Positions 18,254 through 28,176 of a DNA stretch of 64,000 bases are shown here, in pieces. A program made the position numbers and the translations under genes. Each line of letters opens with the position of its first letter. Position 1 is the first letter of the stretch. Below the pieces are notes generated by a model. That model saw only the letters and a list, made by a program, of their open reading frames with translations, did no database searches and was not told where the DNA came from. Source of the DNA: Candidatus Acidiferrales bacterium. GTDB taxonomy: Bacteria; Bacteroidota; Ignavibacteria; Kryptoniales; JAKASW01. The DNA is taken from contig DATJAY010000016.1 of the NCBI GenBank assembly GCA_035515795.1, positions 45,703 through 109,702 of the forward strand, read 5' to 3'.

Positions 18254-21200
18254 CAAGGAATGATCGCCGGAAGAACCCATGGTCCAGTCGGAAAAGCCGT
18301 TAACATTCAACGTAATCTGCCGCGGGTCACCACTTACACTAAACGGTCCTGCATACGCTTGCCAACCGGAACCTTCGTTCCGATATACGATGACATGGTT
18401 AGTATCCACGCCATTGTCGAAGTCTCTGAGCCAGCTGAAGGTGACAGTCCTTCCACTTGCAGGCTGATGGTCTACAGTAATCTGCCATGTAGTCGCTATG
18501 CCGGAATCGCCGCCTGAAGTAACGATTCCTCCGCTCCCCGTCTTTCTTGTGAATCCGACATTTCCGAGATTGTCGCTTCCGGGCTGAATAAGGAGACCAA
18601 GTAAGTGCAACGAATCTGTCCCGATATCCCTTGGAGCAACTTCGACCGTTCCTATGATTTTTCCGCTTGAAGTCTCATTTGGATTTTGTGCCGATGTATC
18701 GAACACTATTTTACTGCTATCGCCGATTACAATGTTCCCGTTTGTGAGATTTAAGTTCCCTGATACGGTTAAGTTCGACGACAAAACCAAACCGCCGCTG
18801 TCGACTGAGATAGAATCGAATACAGGCGGCGTGGCAAATTTCACTATCACATTCTTAGAGGCATGAAATTTTCCTGAATGAATTCCTGCCATTACGTTAA
18901 GTGTATCGCCGCTACTCAGAGCATTTACTGCACTGTCTATGTCGCTGTTTGTGCTCCATACCCATGCGGAAGTGTGAGGATCCCCCGCGTAATTTTTATC
19001 CCACCAGGGAGAATAATTAATGCCATCGCTCACCATATCGCCGGATGCAGAGAAATTGGTAGCCGCATTATATGGGCCGTCTGCAGAACCGAACCAGTTG
19101 CCGATTGCATTGACAGTCACGCCGGACAATACATTCGACAAGCCGGATTGAGTATTTGTGTATATGGCCGCGTTACTAACTTCTATATTTACGGGTGACG
19201 TATTAAGTAATGATTGTGCCGGCGGATCCCAATAATTCGGTGCCGGCGGGTTGGCCACCTCGCCGAACCTTATGCCTACAGTATTACCTGTAAAAGTTCC
19301 TCCATTCACCGTGACTCCGTCCAACGTCGCACTCGGAGAAATCGCGTCGGTTCCCGTTCCACGTGCTTTTACACTGAGCCCTGCGCCGGCATATGACCCG
19401 ATTCCATTACCCGTTACCGTCAAGTTGTTAAAGACAAGATTCTCATAGCTGCCGTATTTAAGAGTTACGTCGATGCCTGCGTTGTTCCATGCCCAATAAT
19501 ACGGAGACCGGGCAATGTTACCGTTATTGCTAACCGTCACGTTGGTAAAGATTGCATCGGATAACTTTTCAGTGTAAAATCCTTTTACGGAATTACTGTC
19601 AAAAGTAGTATTGTTCATCTGCATATACTGCACCGTAGATGGGTTGGTGGCATCATTAAAAAATACCATCCCATAAGTCATGTCCCTGAATTCGCAGTTA
19701 TTCACTACAAAGTGGGTCAGACTCGTAGCCCCATCTATTGCGACTCCCCACTCGTTAGACGATGAAGGCGAGACATGCGGATTTGCCTGACCCGGCGTAT
19801 CGCCGCTTACATTACCGATGATGCGGACATTGTCTAGCTCCACATAGGAATAAGATGCCACATAATCTGCTGCTGCTGTGCCGGGCTGCAGAATAATTCC
19901 CGGACGTGGGTACCCGATGTTCGGTCCCGGGTTTATTTGCAAATCTTTGATCAAAACAGGATCGTTGCTGTCGGTTCCGGATGCACTTAATATTATGTTC
20001 GGCCTGTAGCCGGTACCGTATGTCACGCCCGCAACATCCGGGAGCTTGGTGAAGTCGGTTTGTGCGCCGGTGTTTTTGAGGAGTGTTCCGTCGCCGCCGC
20101 TTCCCGCCCCGAGAAGTGAGACCCGCTTGTTGATATTGAAAGTTTCGTCGAATGTGCCTGCCGTTATATGCACCGTGTCTCCGTCAGTTGCGGCATTGAC
20201 CGCGGTCTGTATTTTCATTCCGCTGCCGACTTGAAACGAACCGGTAGATATCTGGCGTATGTAAGAAGCGGTATCAGAGCCTGACAACGCCAGGTCCGCA
20301 TACGTTGTAGCAATAGTTACCGCATGCGCCAGACTATCCGAATACCAGGTATAACCTGAGTACAAATTATTTTTTACGAAATAATCATAACCATTGATGT
20401 TTATGTTCGTGTTTGTAAGACCAAATTCATCCTGAGCATATATTTTGTTGGGTTCAGTTATAGTGCAGGTGGACCCGTCGATATTAATATTGTCCGATCC
20501 GCGATTGGCTTGGGTAGAACCCGAGCAATACACAGCCATGCCGCCCCATGCATTTCCACCGGTCGTTATGTGCGAGACACTGGCCCCATGGACGCCGCTT
20601 AAACTCATCCCGTTGCCATATGCTGCGTTTTGGGTTGTCACATAACTGATTGTCGCATTGTCCACACCATTTAAATCGACCCCGCTCCGGTTGCCGTTTT
20701 GCACGGTTATATGAGAGATCGTAATGTCACTTATAATCGACGGAGCGTTCGACACATGTATGGCATACCCCCCGCCTGCACTGGTCCCGGATTTCCCCGA
20801 CACGAAGGGAGGGATTATTGTGAAATTGCTTAACACAACGTCAGAAGAAGATACAAGAATTCCCCAGTCTGTCTTACTGGCTGATGCATCGATTGTCGTG
20901 ATACTCTCACCGGCTCCCAGAATAGTAAGACTCTTATTAACAGTCAGTCTTCCACTTTGCACGTACGTACCGGCAGCAATGTTGACTGTACCGTTCGATG
21001 TGACGGCATCGATACCGGCCTGAATGGCGTTGAGTGGTGTGAGCAGACTGCCTTGAGCGCCGGCAGAACCTGACGTTGCGACTTGAACTTGCGTGCGGTT
21101 GCACGTCACGTATGCCTGATCTTGAACAGTCCATCCGCTGTTGCTTGAGCTGTTGCCCAGGAGTGCCTGCTGCACGCCGGTCGGGGCCGCACCTCCCGGG

Positions 21201-21922
21201 TAAGGGTTAGCGTGAGTCGTAGTGCCGTCCCAGTATCCGTTGAGGTGAAGGTTGAGTCCCCACTCGTTGCCATATTGCCCTTGGGTGTTGCTGGCGATCG
21301 TGATTCCGCTGCCGTCCGTATATTGGACGGAGATCCCGGACTTAGTGTTCTCGATGCGGTTGCCCGTAATGGACCCGGTGTTATTGCGTCCGTCGACAAG
21401 GATGCCGTTGCGGACATCGTGGATATTGTTGTTCGTAATCGTAAAACCGGTCACGCCTTGCGACACGGCGATGCCGCGGCTAATGTTGCTGCCCCAGCTG
21501 TATGTAGTGTAAGACGACGACACCGGACCAGCGATTTCGAAGCCCTGAATCGTTACATCGTTCGTCGTAATGTCGAAACCGTTCACCGTAGAGTTGTTAG
21601 GAACGGAGATCATAGCCCCCGACTGACCAACCAGCGTGAGACTCTTGTTGATAGTAATGTCGGTGCCGGCGTATACCCCTGCTTTAACGTCGATCACGTC
21701 GCCATTCGCGCTGGCATTAATTGCATACGGTATAGTCTTCCATGGGTTGTCGGATGAACCGTTGCCGGAGATGTCGCTTCCGGTTGCACTTACATACCAA
21801 TTTGTTTGAGCAAAGCTCATGCTTGCGGCAAGCAATAAAGTAAAAACTATGGCCCGCAGTGGTCTGAATACTTTTACATCAGCCAATACTATTCTATAAC
21901 TTGCAGCCCTGTCTTTCACCAT
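17633..21922 (-). CDS. T9SS cargo P2: right-handed parallel beta-helix (pectate-lyase-fold, PbH1 repeat) protein plus shared tail
   Basis: N-cap NWYVSATGSD...NPWKTIPYAINAS..GDVIDVKAGVY. Repeated N-I-x-D/N-G-I turns (NNIHDVRNGILVDGRNNTGSITGNRIENTKSGISV). AAGGAGAAGGAG directly before the ATG. Shared tail of 206 aa. Confidence 0.8.
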   Translation of the reverse strand: MVKDRAASYRIVLADVKVFRPLRAIVFTLLLAASMSFAQTNWYVSATGSDISGNGSSDNPWKTIPYAINASANGDVIDVKAGVYAGTDITINKSLTLVGQSGAMISVPNNSTVNGFDITTNDVTIQGFEIAGPVSSSYTTYSWGSNISRGIAVSQGVTGFTITNNNIHDVRNGILVDGRNNTGSITGNRIENTKSGISVQYTDGSGITIASNTQGQYGNEWGLNLHLNGYWDGTTTHANPYPGGAAPTGVQQALLGNSSSNSGWTVQDQAYVTCNRTQVQVATSGSAGAQGSLLTPLNAIQAGIDAVTSNGTVNIAAGTYVQSGRLTVNKSLTILGAGESITTIDASASKTDWGILVSSSDVVLSNFTIIPPFVSGKSGTSAGGGYAIHVSNAPSIISDITISHITVQNGNRSGVDLNGVDNATISYVTTQNAAYGNGMSLSGVHGASVSHITTGGNAWGGMAVYCSGSTQANRGSDNINIDGSTCTITEPNKIYAQDEFGLTNTNININGYDYFVKNNLYSGYTWYSDSLAHAVTIATTYADLALSGSDTASYIRQISTGSFQVGSGMKIQTAVNAATDGDTVHITAGTFDETFNINKRVSLLGAGSGGDGTLLKNTGAQTDFTKLPDVAGVTYGTGYRPNIILSASGTDSNDPVLIKDLQINPGPNIGYPRPGIILQPGTAAADYVASYSYVELDNVRIIGNVSGDTPGQANPHVSPSSSNEWGVAIDGATSLTHFVVNNCEFRDMTYGMVFFNDATNPSTVQYMQMNNTTFDSNSVKGFYTEKLSDAIFTNVTVSNNGNIARSPYYWAWNNAGIDVTLKYGSYENLVFNNLTVTGNGIGSYAGAGLSVKARGTGTDAISPSATLDGVTVNGGTFTGNTVGIRFGEVANPPAPNYWDPPAQSLLNTSPVNIEVSNAAIYTNTQSGLSNVLSGVTVNAIGNWFGSADGPYNAATNFSASGDMVSDGINYSPWWDKNYAGDPHTSAWVWSTNSDIDSAVNALSSGDTLNVMAGIHSGKFHASKNVIVKFATPPVFDSISVDSGGLVLSSNLTVSGNLNLTNGNIVIGDSSKIVFDTSAQNPNETSSGKIIGTVEVAPRDIGTDSLHLLGLLIQPGSDNLGNVGFTRKTGSGGIVTSGGDSGIATTWQITVDHQPASGRTVTFSWLRDFDNGVDTNHVIVYRNEGSGWQAYAGPFSVSGDPRQITLNVNGFSDWTMGSSGDHSLYVQVTSFVAKADYDKVTLTWGTQSEVDNAGFNILRSDGFRSVPTDSASTLFELIGGYIGNDNLKGLGTSTSGRAYSFTDAKIQSGMTYEYKIQSVSINGTTKDLNTLWVTVDVPKDYALYQNYPNPFNPSTAIRFDLKEASMVTLDIYNTLGQKILENNYGNMSPGRYNEGVNMDKFASGVYFYRIKATGDDGQKFVSTKKLVLMK

Positions 21923-22185
21923 CTCCTTCTCCTTAATTAGATTTTATGAGATAATAGCTTCTTCCGGCTACGCTCTCCATCTACCATAGATCATGCTTAA
22001 AAAAATAATTATCCCGCGGAGCTCTCGCTGTTTTCTGGAATCATTCGTCGACAGATGCCATCGGCGGTTTCCGGGAAGAGGATTGGTAGCGCCATATCCT
22101 CTTCTCAAAACCTTAATACCGGTTTCACTCTAAGGATTTATTTCCAGCCCAGACATGAACCGGGAATAGGGTCCCTTTATAAACG

Positions 22186-22785
22186 CTATTTCATTAATAC
22201 TAATTTCTTTGTCGAAACGAACTTCTGTCCGTCATTACCAACGGCGGCAATCCTGTAGAAGTAGACTCCGCTCGCATACTTATCCATGTCGACAACCTTC
22301 TCATATCTCCCCGCGCTAATAGTCCCGTAGTCATTTGCAAAGACTCTCTGTCCGAGCGTGTTGTAAATTTCAAAAGTCACCGACGAAGCTTGTTTCAAAT
22401 CGAACCTGATCGTCGTCGACGGGTTGAACGGGTTCGGAAAGTTTTGGTACAAAGCATAGTTCCTTGGGACGTCAACTTTTATGAAAAGCGTTGTCAGATC
22501 TTGCTTTACTCCGTAGGTTGAAACGGTTTGTACTTTGTACTCGTACGTTATGCCCGATGTTACTTTGTTGTCTGTAAAATCATAACTCCTTCCTGTTGTG
22601 CTAGTGCCGAGACCTTTCAGACTGTCATCGCCTGCATAACTCGCAACGAGCGTGAACAACGTCGTGCCTGAATCCGCCCGGAGAATGTTGAAGCCGGCAT
22701 TTTCAGTTTCCGATTGCGTCTTCCATGAAAGCCTGACCGAGCCGACGGCAGCAGTCGCCATGAAACCTGTCGCCTGCACTGCGAG
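22186..22785 (-). repeat. Shared-tail cassette, copy 3
   Basis: 199 codons, LAVQATGFMA... to ...KKLVLMK. Confidence 0.9.
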
Positions 22786-24039
22786 CGTAACATCCGAGCC
22801 GGTGGTAAACGAATACGTGCTTGTGTATGCGCTCAAGCCGCCGCTGTTGAACGACTGCACACGCCAGTAATATGTCGCGTTTGGATTCAAGACCAGGGTG
22901 AACGAAGTATCGTCGGTGCCGCTGACCGAGTCATCGACCATGATCGCCGTGAAATTTGAATTTTGTGAAATCTGCCAGTGATAGCCTGAAGCCCCATCAG
23001 CTGGATTGATCTTCAATGTGGAGACTGTTGACTGATTCGTCGCGCCATCGGCAGGAGAGACGAGCGCGGGCGAAGATGGCACAGCTATGGTCGTGAACGA
23101 ATCCGGGCCCGCGTATTCGCCTGCACCTCCAGAATCATCGAATGCCTGTACCCGCCAGTAATACTTTGTCCCGCTCGAAAGCATGACGATCTGTGTGGTA
23201 TCGCCTAACCCGCTTATTGAGTCGTCGACCACAATCGCTGAGAACGCGAGGTCTGTCGACACCTGCCAGTGATATCCCGATGCTGCCGCCGCTTTATTTA
23301 CCTTCAAACTGAGGGTTGTCGGCTGATCCGTTGCGTTGTTCGCCGGTGATGCGAGGGTTGGCATAGGCGGTGCTGGACTCCAGACGCTTATGTCGTCGAT
23401 GTACCAGCCTGGAAATTCCACGACCGCATCCGACTGCAAAACAAATGCTATTCTAACAGTGTGTCCTGCATAAGATTTTAGAGACAAATCTCTCTCTGTC
23501 CACGATGAACCAACACTTCCGGTTTGATCGTCGATCACCGACCAGCTGCTTCCATTGTCGGTCGATACGATCACATTTGCAAAATCAAAGTCCGCCTCCA
23601 CATAACCGTACTGGAAAAACGTCAGCCATAGGTTACCGTTCGTGGATACGGTCGGAACAGCTATCGGCGGCAGATACAGGGTATCTGAAGCATTAGGTTC
23701 ATAAAAGCCAGTTGAATTATAATTTGTGCCGGCGCAATTTGAACCCGAATAAGCTGAAGGTGGTCCACTGGTTGGAGCACCGATATGCCAGCTGCCTGTC
23801 GTTGTAATCCCGCTGACTGTGCCATCAAAGTTCTGGAAATAGATGTTGGTAGTGGAGACCTTTTTCGGATTCGATGAAATTAGTCCATAGCGAAACGTCT
23901 TTGCACTCATACTACTTGAAAGAGGCTTACTGTAAAGGGGACTCCCTTTCTGCAGCTCTACCTGAGTGTTTTGAGCAAACACAACCGACGTAATCAACGC
24001 TATCTGAAGCATTGATAAAAATAGTTTCGAGATTTTCAT
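22186..24039 (-). CDS. T9SS cargo P3: jelly-roll (MAM / choice-of-anchor-like) domain plus two Fn3-like modules plus shared tail
   Basis: N-terminal FQNFDG...WHIG...VRIAFVLQSD...GWYIDDISV pattern. Two tandem ~92-aa modules ending YYWRVQ(A/S)F...SFTT. Shared 199-aa tail. Confidence 0.7.
   Translation of the reverse strand: MKISKLFLSMLQIALITSVVFAQNTQVELQKGSPLYSKPLSSSMSAKTFRYGLISSNPKKVSTTNIYFQNFDGTVSGITTTGSWHIGAPTSGPPSAYSGSNCAGTNYNSTGFYEPNASDTLYLPPIAVPTVSTNGNLWLTFFQYGYVEADFDFANVIVSTDNGSSWSVIDDQTGSVGSSWTERDLSLKSYAGHTVRIAFVLQSDAVVEFPGWYIDDISVWSPAPPMPTLASPANNATDQPTTLSLKVNKAAAASGYHWQVSTDLAFSAIVVDDSISGLGDTTQIVMLSSGTKYYWRVQAFDDSGGAGEYAGPDSFTTIAVPSSPALVSPADGATNQSTVSTLKINPADGASGYHWQISQNSNFTAIMVDDSVSGTDDTSFTLVLNPNATYYWRVQSFNSGGLSAYTSTYSFTTGSDVTLAVQATGFMATAAVGSVRLSWKTQSETENAGFNILRADSGTTLFTLVASYAGDDSLKGLGTSTTGRSYDFTDNKVTSGITYEYKVQTVSTYGVKQDLTTLFIKVDVPRNYALYQNFPNPFNPSTTIRFDLKQASSVTFEIYNTLGQRVFANDYGTISAGRYEKVVDMDKYASGVYFYRIAAVGNDGQKFVSTKKLVLMK
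22801..23361 (-). repeat. Two tandem Fn3-like coding modules inside P3
   Basis: aa 227-317 (PTLASPANNATDQ...YYWRVQAF...DSFTT) and aa 322-413 (SSPALVSPADGATNQ...YYWRVQSF...YSFTT) align along their whole length. Confidence 0.75.
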
Positions 24040-24063
24040 TCGATAATAGTTTCTCCTTTTGGT

Positions 24064-24295
24064 TTAGTTAAGATTCGCTGCGTTGCTCGCCGGTGATGCA
24101 AGAGTCGGTGGTAATGGATACAGCAGCGTGGCGCCGGGGTTTGCCAACGCAGGGGAGGGACGGATCATCCGATGTCCCACTACCCGACGGCGCAAGGGCT
24201 GTTTGTTCTAGGACGGATTCCTCCGTTATGCAGGACTTGAACTCCCGCCCGATATGATGGCCTTCTCTGTCTTACTTCACCAGCATCAGTTTTCC
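24064..24295 (-). pseudogene. Decayed fragments of a cargo paralog in the P4-P3 spacer
   Basis: 24272-24295 reads GKLMLVK-stop, preceded by PAFCGTKSRIT, which resembles a T9SS CTD end. 24064-24168 reads MIRPSPALANPGATLLYPLPPTLASPASNAANLN-stop, resembling the starts of the two P3 Fn3-like modules. 24080-24108 matches 23333-23361 at 25 of 29 nt. Confidence 0.5.
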
Positions 24296-24389
24296 CGTAA
24301 TGCGGGATTTCGTCCCGCAAAAAGCAGGACTCAACTTTATCGCCTGCCCAATTCGAGTACTTCGCCGGACATGCATGCAAACGCTAACA

Positions 24390-24989
24390 TTATTTCAATA
24401 GCATTAGTTTCTTTATCGCCTCGAACTTCTGTCCGTCATTGCCCGTCGCACTGATCCGGTAGAGGTAAACTCCGCTCGCGAACCTGTCCATGTTAACGAT
24501 TTCATTGAACCTTCCTGCACTCATCGTTCCATGGTTCTCTTCCATCACTCTCTCGCCGAGCACATTGTAGATATCCAGGGCCACCGTCGATTGCTCCTTC
24601 AAGTCAAAACGTATCGTGGTCGATGGATTGAATGGATTCGGATAGTTCTGATAGAGTGCATATTCTCTGGGAACCCCGACCGTCGCCTGTAAGGAATTCA
24701 GATCCCGCGTGGTTCCGTCAGTGGATACACTCTGGATTTTGTAGGTGTATGTCTCTCCGGAAGTCACCTTGTTATCCGTGAAAGCATACGACCTTCCTGT
24801 GCTGCTTGTACCGAGTCCTCGCAGCCCGTCGTTGGTTCCATAGTTCGAGACAAGTCCAAACGATGTTGTTCCCGGATCCTTACGGAGCACGTTGAACCCG
24901 GCGTTATTGATCTCCGATTGTGTCTTCCATGAGAGTGTCACTGATCCTATATCCGTTGTTGCCAGGAAATCGGTCACCTGGACCGGCAG
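24390..24989 (-). repeat. Shared-tail cassette, copy 4
   Basis: 199 codons, LPVQVTDFLA... to ...KKLMLLK. Confidence 0.9.
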
Positions 24990-27527
24990 AGACGCGTCCT
25001 CCGGATTCGTCACGGCGGCAAAATGCGGGCTGAAGCTTCCGAGGACTCCCGTTTCAGACCTCCCACCGACATAAACAAGCCGGTATTGCGGGGAAATGCC
25101 AATTGCGAAGACGGGTCCATCGACGTTCAAGTTCCAGCTGGCTTCTGGTAGCCCGGTAACCTTGTCAACTGTGCCGGCATAGTTGAAGGTTTGGCCATCT
25201 ATTTGGGTGAACCATCCTCCCAAGTATACCATTGAACCGGTTACGGCAATCGACTGAGGATAAGCATCGAGATGTGGATTCCAGGAAAGGAGGGTGCCGG
25301 TCGATGATGTGTCGATTGCCGCTATAGAAGAGTCCTGTTGACCGTTAACACTGTAGAACCCGCCGCCAACATAAATGGTCGACCCATCGAGTGTAAGTGC
25401 CTGGACACTGAAGTTGTCATCGTTATATGGTGGATCAGCTAAGACAGGATTCCACGAAGTGGCGTTACCTGCAATCGTATCGACCGCCGCCAGGTGAGTC
25501 CTTGTGGAGTCTCCGACGTTAACAAATTCCCCCCCGAAATAAATTTTCCCGCCGCCGGCATCCATGGCGGCAATCGATGGCTGTGGGCTGCCATATGCAT
25601 CCGGATTCCATGATGTAATCTCGCCAGTCGATAGATCAAAAGAAGCAAGATTGTTCCTTGTAGAATCTCCGGAACCTTCAAATTGCCCACCGACATAGAG
25701 GTTATTACCATATATTTTGAGTGCAAATACATCCGGGGATCCTGAGTAAAACGACCATGGGGGTGCGACAAGAGCTGCGTCGAACGGCAGGACGCTTCCC
25801 GTGTTTATGCTGAACGCAGCAAGTGCATTTCTCGACTCCCCGCCGGCGCTTTGAAACACACCCCCGGCGTAAAGCGTCGTATCGTGAAGCGCAATGGTGA
25901 TCAGCTGATCATTGGCGCCGTCAAGGCCGACGCTGAAGTCTGTCAATTGACCTGTGCTCTCGACAAATGAGGCTACACAATTTCTGACCTTGCCGTTGAA
26001 GCTATAGCTCGCGCTGGCATATACACTTCCGTTGCTGTAAACTATTCCATGAACGTCTTCGTCGGCATTGGGTGACCAAGATAGAAGATTTCCGTTCGTA
26101 TCCGAAGCCGCGATATAACCTCTCGATTCACCGCCGATCGAAGTAAAACCTCCGCCGAAGAATATTTCGTTCCCGTGCACGTCGAACGAAGTTACCTCAT
26201 CTGCCGAGTCAACACCGGCGTTCCAGCTTGTGATGGCTGCCGTCGCCGTATCGAGAGCGGCAAATCCATATTGAGTGGTGCTGCCGAAACCCGCGAATTC
26301 TCCCGCAACGCATAATTTGCCGCCTATTATTTTGACTTGATTTATCCAGCCGTAATCTGAATTGACCAGGAGTACTTGCGGATTCCAGCCCGCATCCTGG
26401 TTACCGTAAGTTGTATCGATTTTATATATCAACGGGAATTCAGAGCTGGTATTCAGGCCTCCGGCATATATTGAACCGTTTGCCGCGTCGAAGGATGCAA
26501 AGTAGTTAAGCAGGTCAGAGTCGGTGGGGTTTGGATTCCAGGCGGTTACTGATCCGGAGGCAGCATCTAACGCGGCAACGCCGTATCTTGTGGAGTCACC
26601 GACTGTGGTGAAGTAGCCGGCGAAATATACTTTCCCGCCGTAGACAAGTACTATATTAACACCATTGTTGGACCAGCCGCCGATGGATGGAGGCGTCCAT
26701 GATGACACGATGTTTCCTGTTGAAGTATCGATCTCTGCGATGCACTGCCGGGAGCCGCCGCCGATGTTTGAAAAAAATCCGCCGACAATCAGATCGGGGC
26801 CGTTGAACGCGATGGCTTCCACTTCATCATCAGGATCTGGGTTAAACGTTTCCACAACCGTGCCATCCGACCGAATGTGCGCCATATTATTCACGGCAGT
26901 ATTTCCGATATGGTCGAAGAAGCCGCCGACGAAGAATCCTCCGCTGCCGTCTGGAACGAGAGCGTCTATAGATCCCGGGGAACCGCCGCTTGTAATAACC
27001 GGGATGCTTGGATCGTGGATACCCGTCGTTGCATCTAGCTTGCCGAGCGGTCCGGTGTAGGGACCAAGATAAGTAAAGTCTCCGCCGATATAGACCCTGT
27101 CGTGTGCATCATCGACCAGCACAGAGTTCACCGTGTTGTTCGGAATCCAAAAATTCGTATTGAGCGATTGGCTGGGTGTTCTCGGATGTGTGTAGTTAAG
27201 ACCCGGGTTACCTCGAAGGGATGCGCTCAGAAGAGATCCGTTCGAACCAAGATCGCTTATCCGTCCATGCGCATGCGAGTTGAGATTTGATTCTACCTGT
27301 GCCATGCTGATACCGTACCTCCTCGCAAGAAAGTCCACCAGCCTCGGGTTTTTGATCCTCCATTGTTCAATCATCTGCAGCAGCCGATGAGGAATGTTAG
27401 GATGAAGATTCCTTGTTCCCGCTAGAATGGCGGTTGCTCCCAGCCAGACATAAGTTAGTAGAATCGCGCCAAGCGCAAATGCCATGAAGCGGCTTCTATA
27501 TTGTAATGTTTTTTGCATTTGGATCAT
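24390..27527 (-). CDS. T9SS cargo P4: DUF5122/delta-60-like beta-propeller repeat protein plus shared tail
   Basis: At least 11 units of the form [VF]GG.F...G...R...A..D..TG....SWNP. ATG 27518 (MQKTLQY...) has better spacing from AAGGAGAG than ATG 27527. Shared 199-aa tail. Confidence 0.75.
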   Translation of the reverse strand: MIQMQKTLQYRSRFMAFALGAILLTYVWLGATAILAGTRNLHPNIPHRLLQMIEQWRIKNPRLVDFLARRYGISMAQVESNLNSHAHGRISDLGSNGSLLSASLRGNPGLNYTHPRTPSQSLNTNFWIPNNTVNSVLVDDAHDRVYIGGDFTYLGPYTGPLGKLDATTGIHDPSIPVITSGGSPGSIDALVPDGSGGFFVGGFFDHIGNTAVNNMAHIRSDGTVVETFNPDPDDEVEAIAFNGPDLIVGGFFSNIGGGSRQCIAEIDTSTGNIVSSWTPPSIGGWSNNGVNIVLVYGGKVYFAGYFTTVGDSTRYGVAALDAASGSVTAWNPNPTDSDLLNYFASFDAANGSIYAGGLNTSSEFPLIYKIDTTYGNQDAGWNPQVLLVNSDYGWINQVKIIGGKLCVAGEFAGFGSTTQYGFAALDTATAAITSWNAGVDSADEVTSFDVHGNEIFFGGGFTSIGGESRGYIAASDTNGNLLSWSPNADEDVHGIVYSNGSVYASASYSFNGKVRNCVASFVESTGQLTDFSVGLDGANDQLITIALHDTTLYAGGVFQSAGGESRNALAAFSINTGSVLPFDAALVAPPWSFYSGSPDVFALKIYGNNLYVGGQFEGSGDSTRNNLASFDLSTGEITSWNPDAYGSPQPSIAAMDAGGGKIYFGGEFVNVGDSTRTHLAAVDTIAGNATSWNPVLADPPYNDDNFSVQALTLDGSTIYVGGGFYSVNGQQDSSIAAIDTSSTGTLLSWNPHLDAYPQSIAVTGSMVYLGGWFTQIDGQTFNYAGTVDKVTGLPEASWNLNVDGPVFAIGISPQYRLVYVGGRSETGVLGSFSPHFAAVTNPEDASLPVQVTDFLATTDIGSVTLSWKTQSEINNAGFNVLRKDPGTTSFGLVSNYGTNDGLRGLGTSSTGRSYAFTDNKVTSGETYTYKIQSVSTDGTTRDLNSLQATVGVPREYALYQNYPNPFNPSTTIRFDLKEQSTVALDIYNVLGERVMEENHGTMSAGRFNEIVNMDRFASGVYLYRISATGNDGQKFEAIKKLMLLK

Positions 27528-27576
27528 CTCTCCTTTTCTCGTTGATCGTAATGAATTTCTCCTGCTTCCAACCTGC

Positions 27577-28176
27577 TCACTTCATCAGTTCCAGCTTCTT
27601 TATCGACACAAATTTCTGTCCATCGTCACCCACGGCGGTAATCCGGTAGAAGTATACTCCGCTTGCGAACCTCTCCATGTTCACCGCTTCGTTGTATCTT
27701 CCAGCGTTCATATTTCCATAATTGTCCTCAAACACACTCTGTCCGAGAACATTGTAAACATCCAAAGTCACATTAGATTGTTCCTTCAGGTCAAAACGTA
27801 TCGTGGTTGATGGATTGAATGGGTTCGGATAGTTTTGGTATAGCGCATATTCACTTGGGACACCAACCGTGACGGAAAGTGCAAATAAGTCTTCAGTAGT
27901 CGCGTGTGTCGACACGCTTTGTATCTCATACCGGTAAGTCGAGCCAGATGCGACGTGGTCGTCGATGAAACTGTAAGCGCGCCCCGTACTCATTGTGCCG
28001 AGCCCTCTTAAGGCTGTATTATCGATATAGTTTGAGATCGGTTTGAGAAAAGACGAACCCGGATCTTCACGGAGCACGTTGAATCCTGCATTATCGACTT
28101 CGGATTGTGTCTTCCATGAAAGAGTGACGGAATTCATGTCGGTGGTCGCAAGGAAGCCAGTTGCCTGGACAGCAAG
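27577..28176 (-). repeat. Shared-tail cassette, copy 5
   Basis: 199 codons, LAVQATGFLA... to ...KKLELMK. 47 of the first 60 nt from the stop codon match copy 1 (hand count). Confidence 0.9.

Noticed and set aside
21212-21757. 181-aa plus-strand ORF antisense to the beta-helix gene
   Set aside because: Same reasoning: it is embedded in a 4.3-kb gene with coherent domain structure on the other strand.
24302-24318. Hairpin GCGGGA-TTTCG-TCCCGC downstream of P4 as an intrinsic terminator
   Set aside because: On the transcribed (minus) strand the U-run precedes the stem rather than following it. On the plus strand the stem is followed by an A-run. It is not a canonical terminator in the relevant orientation.
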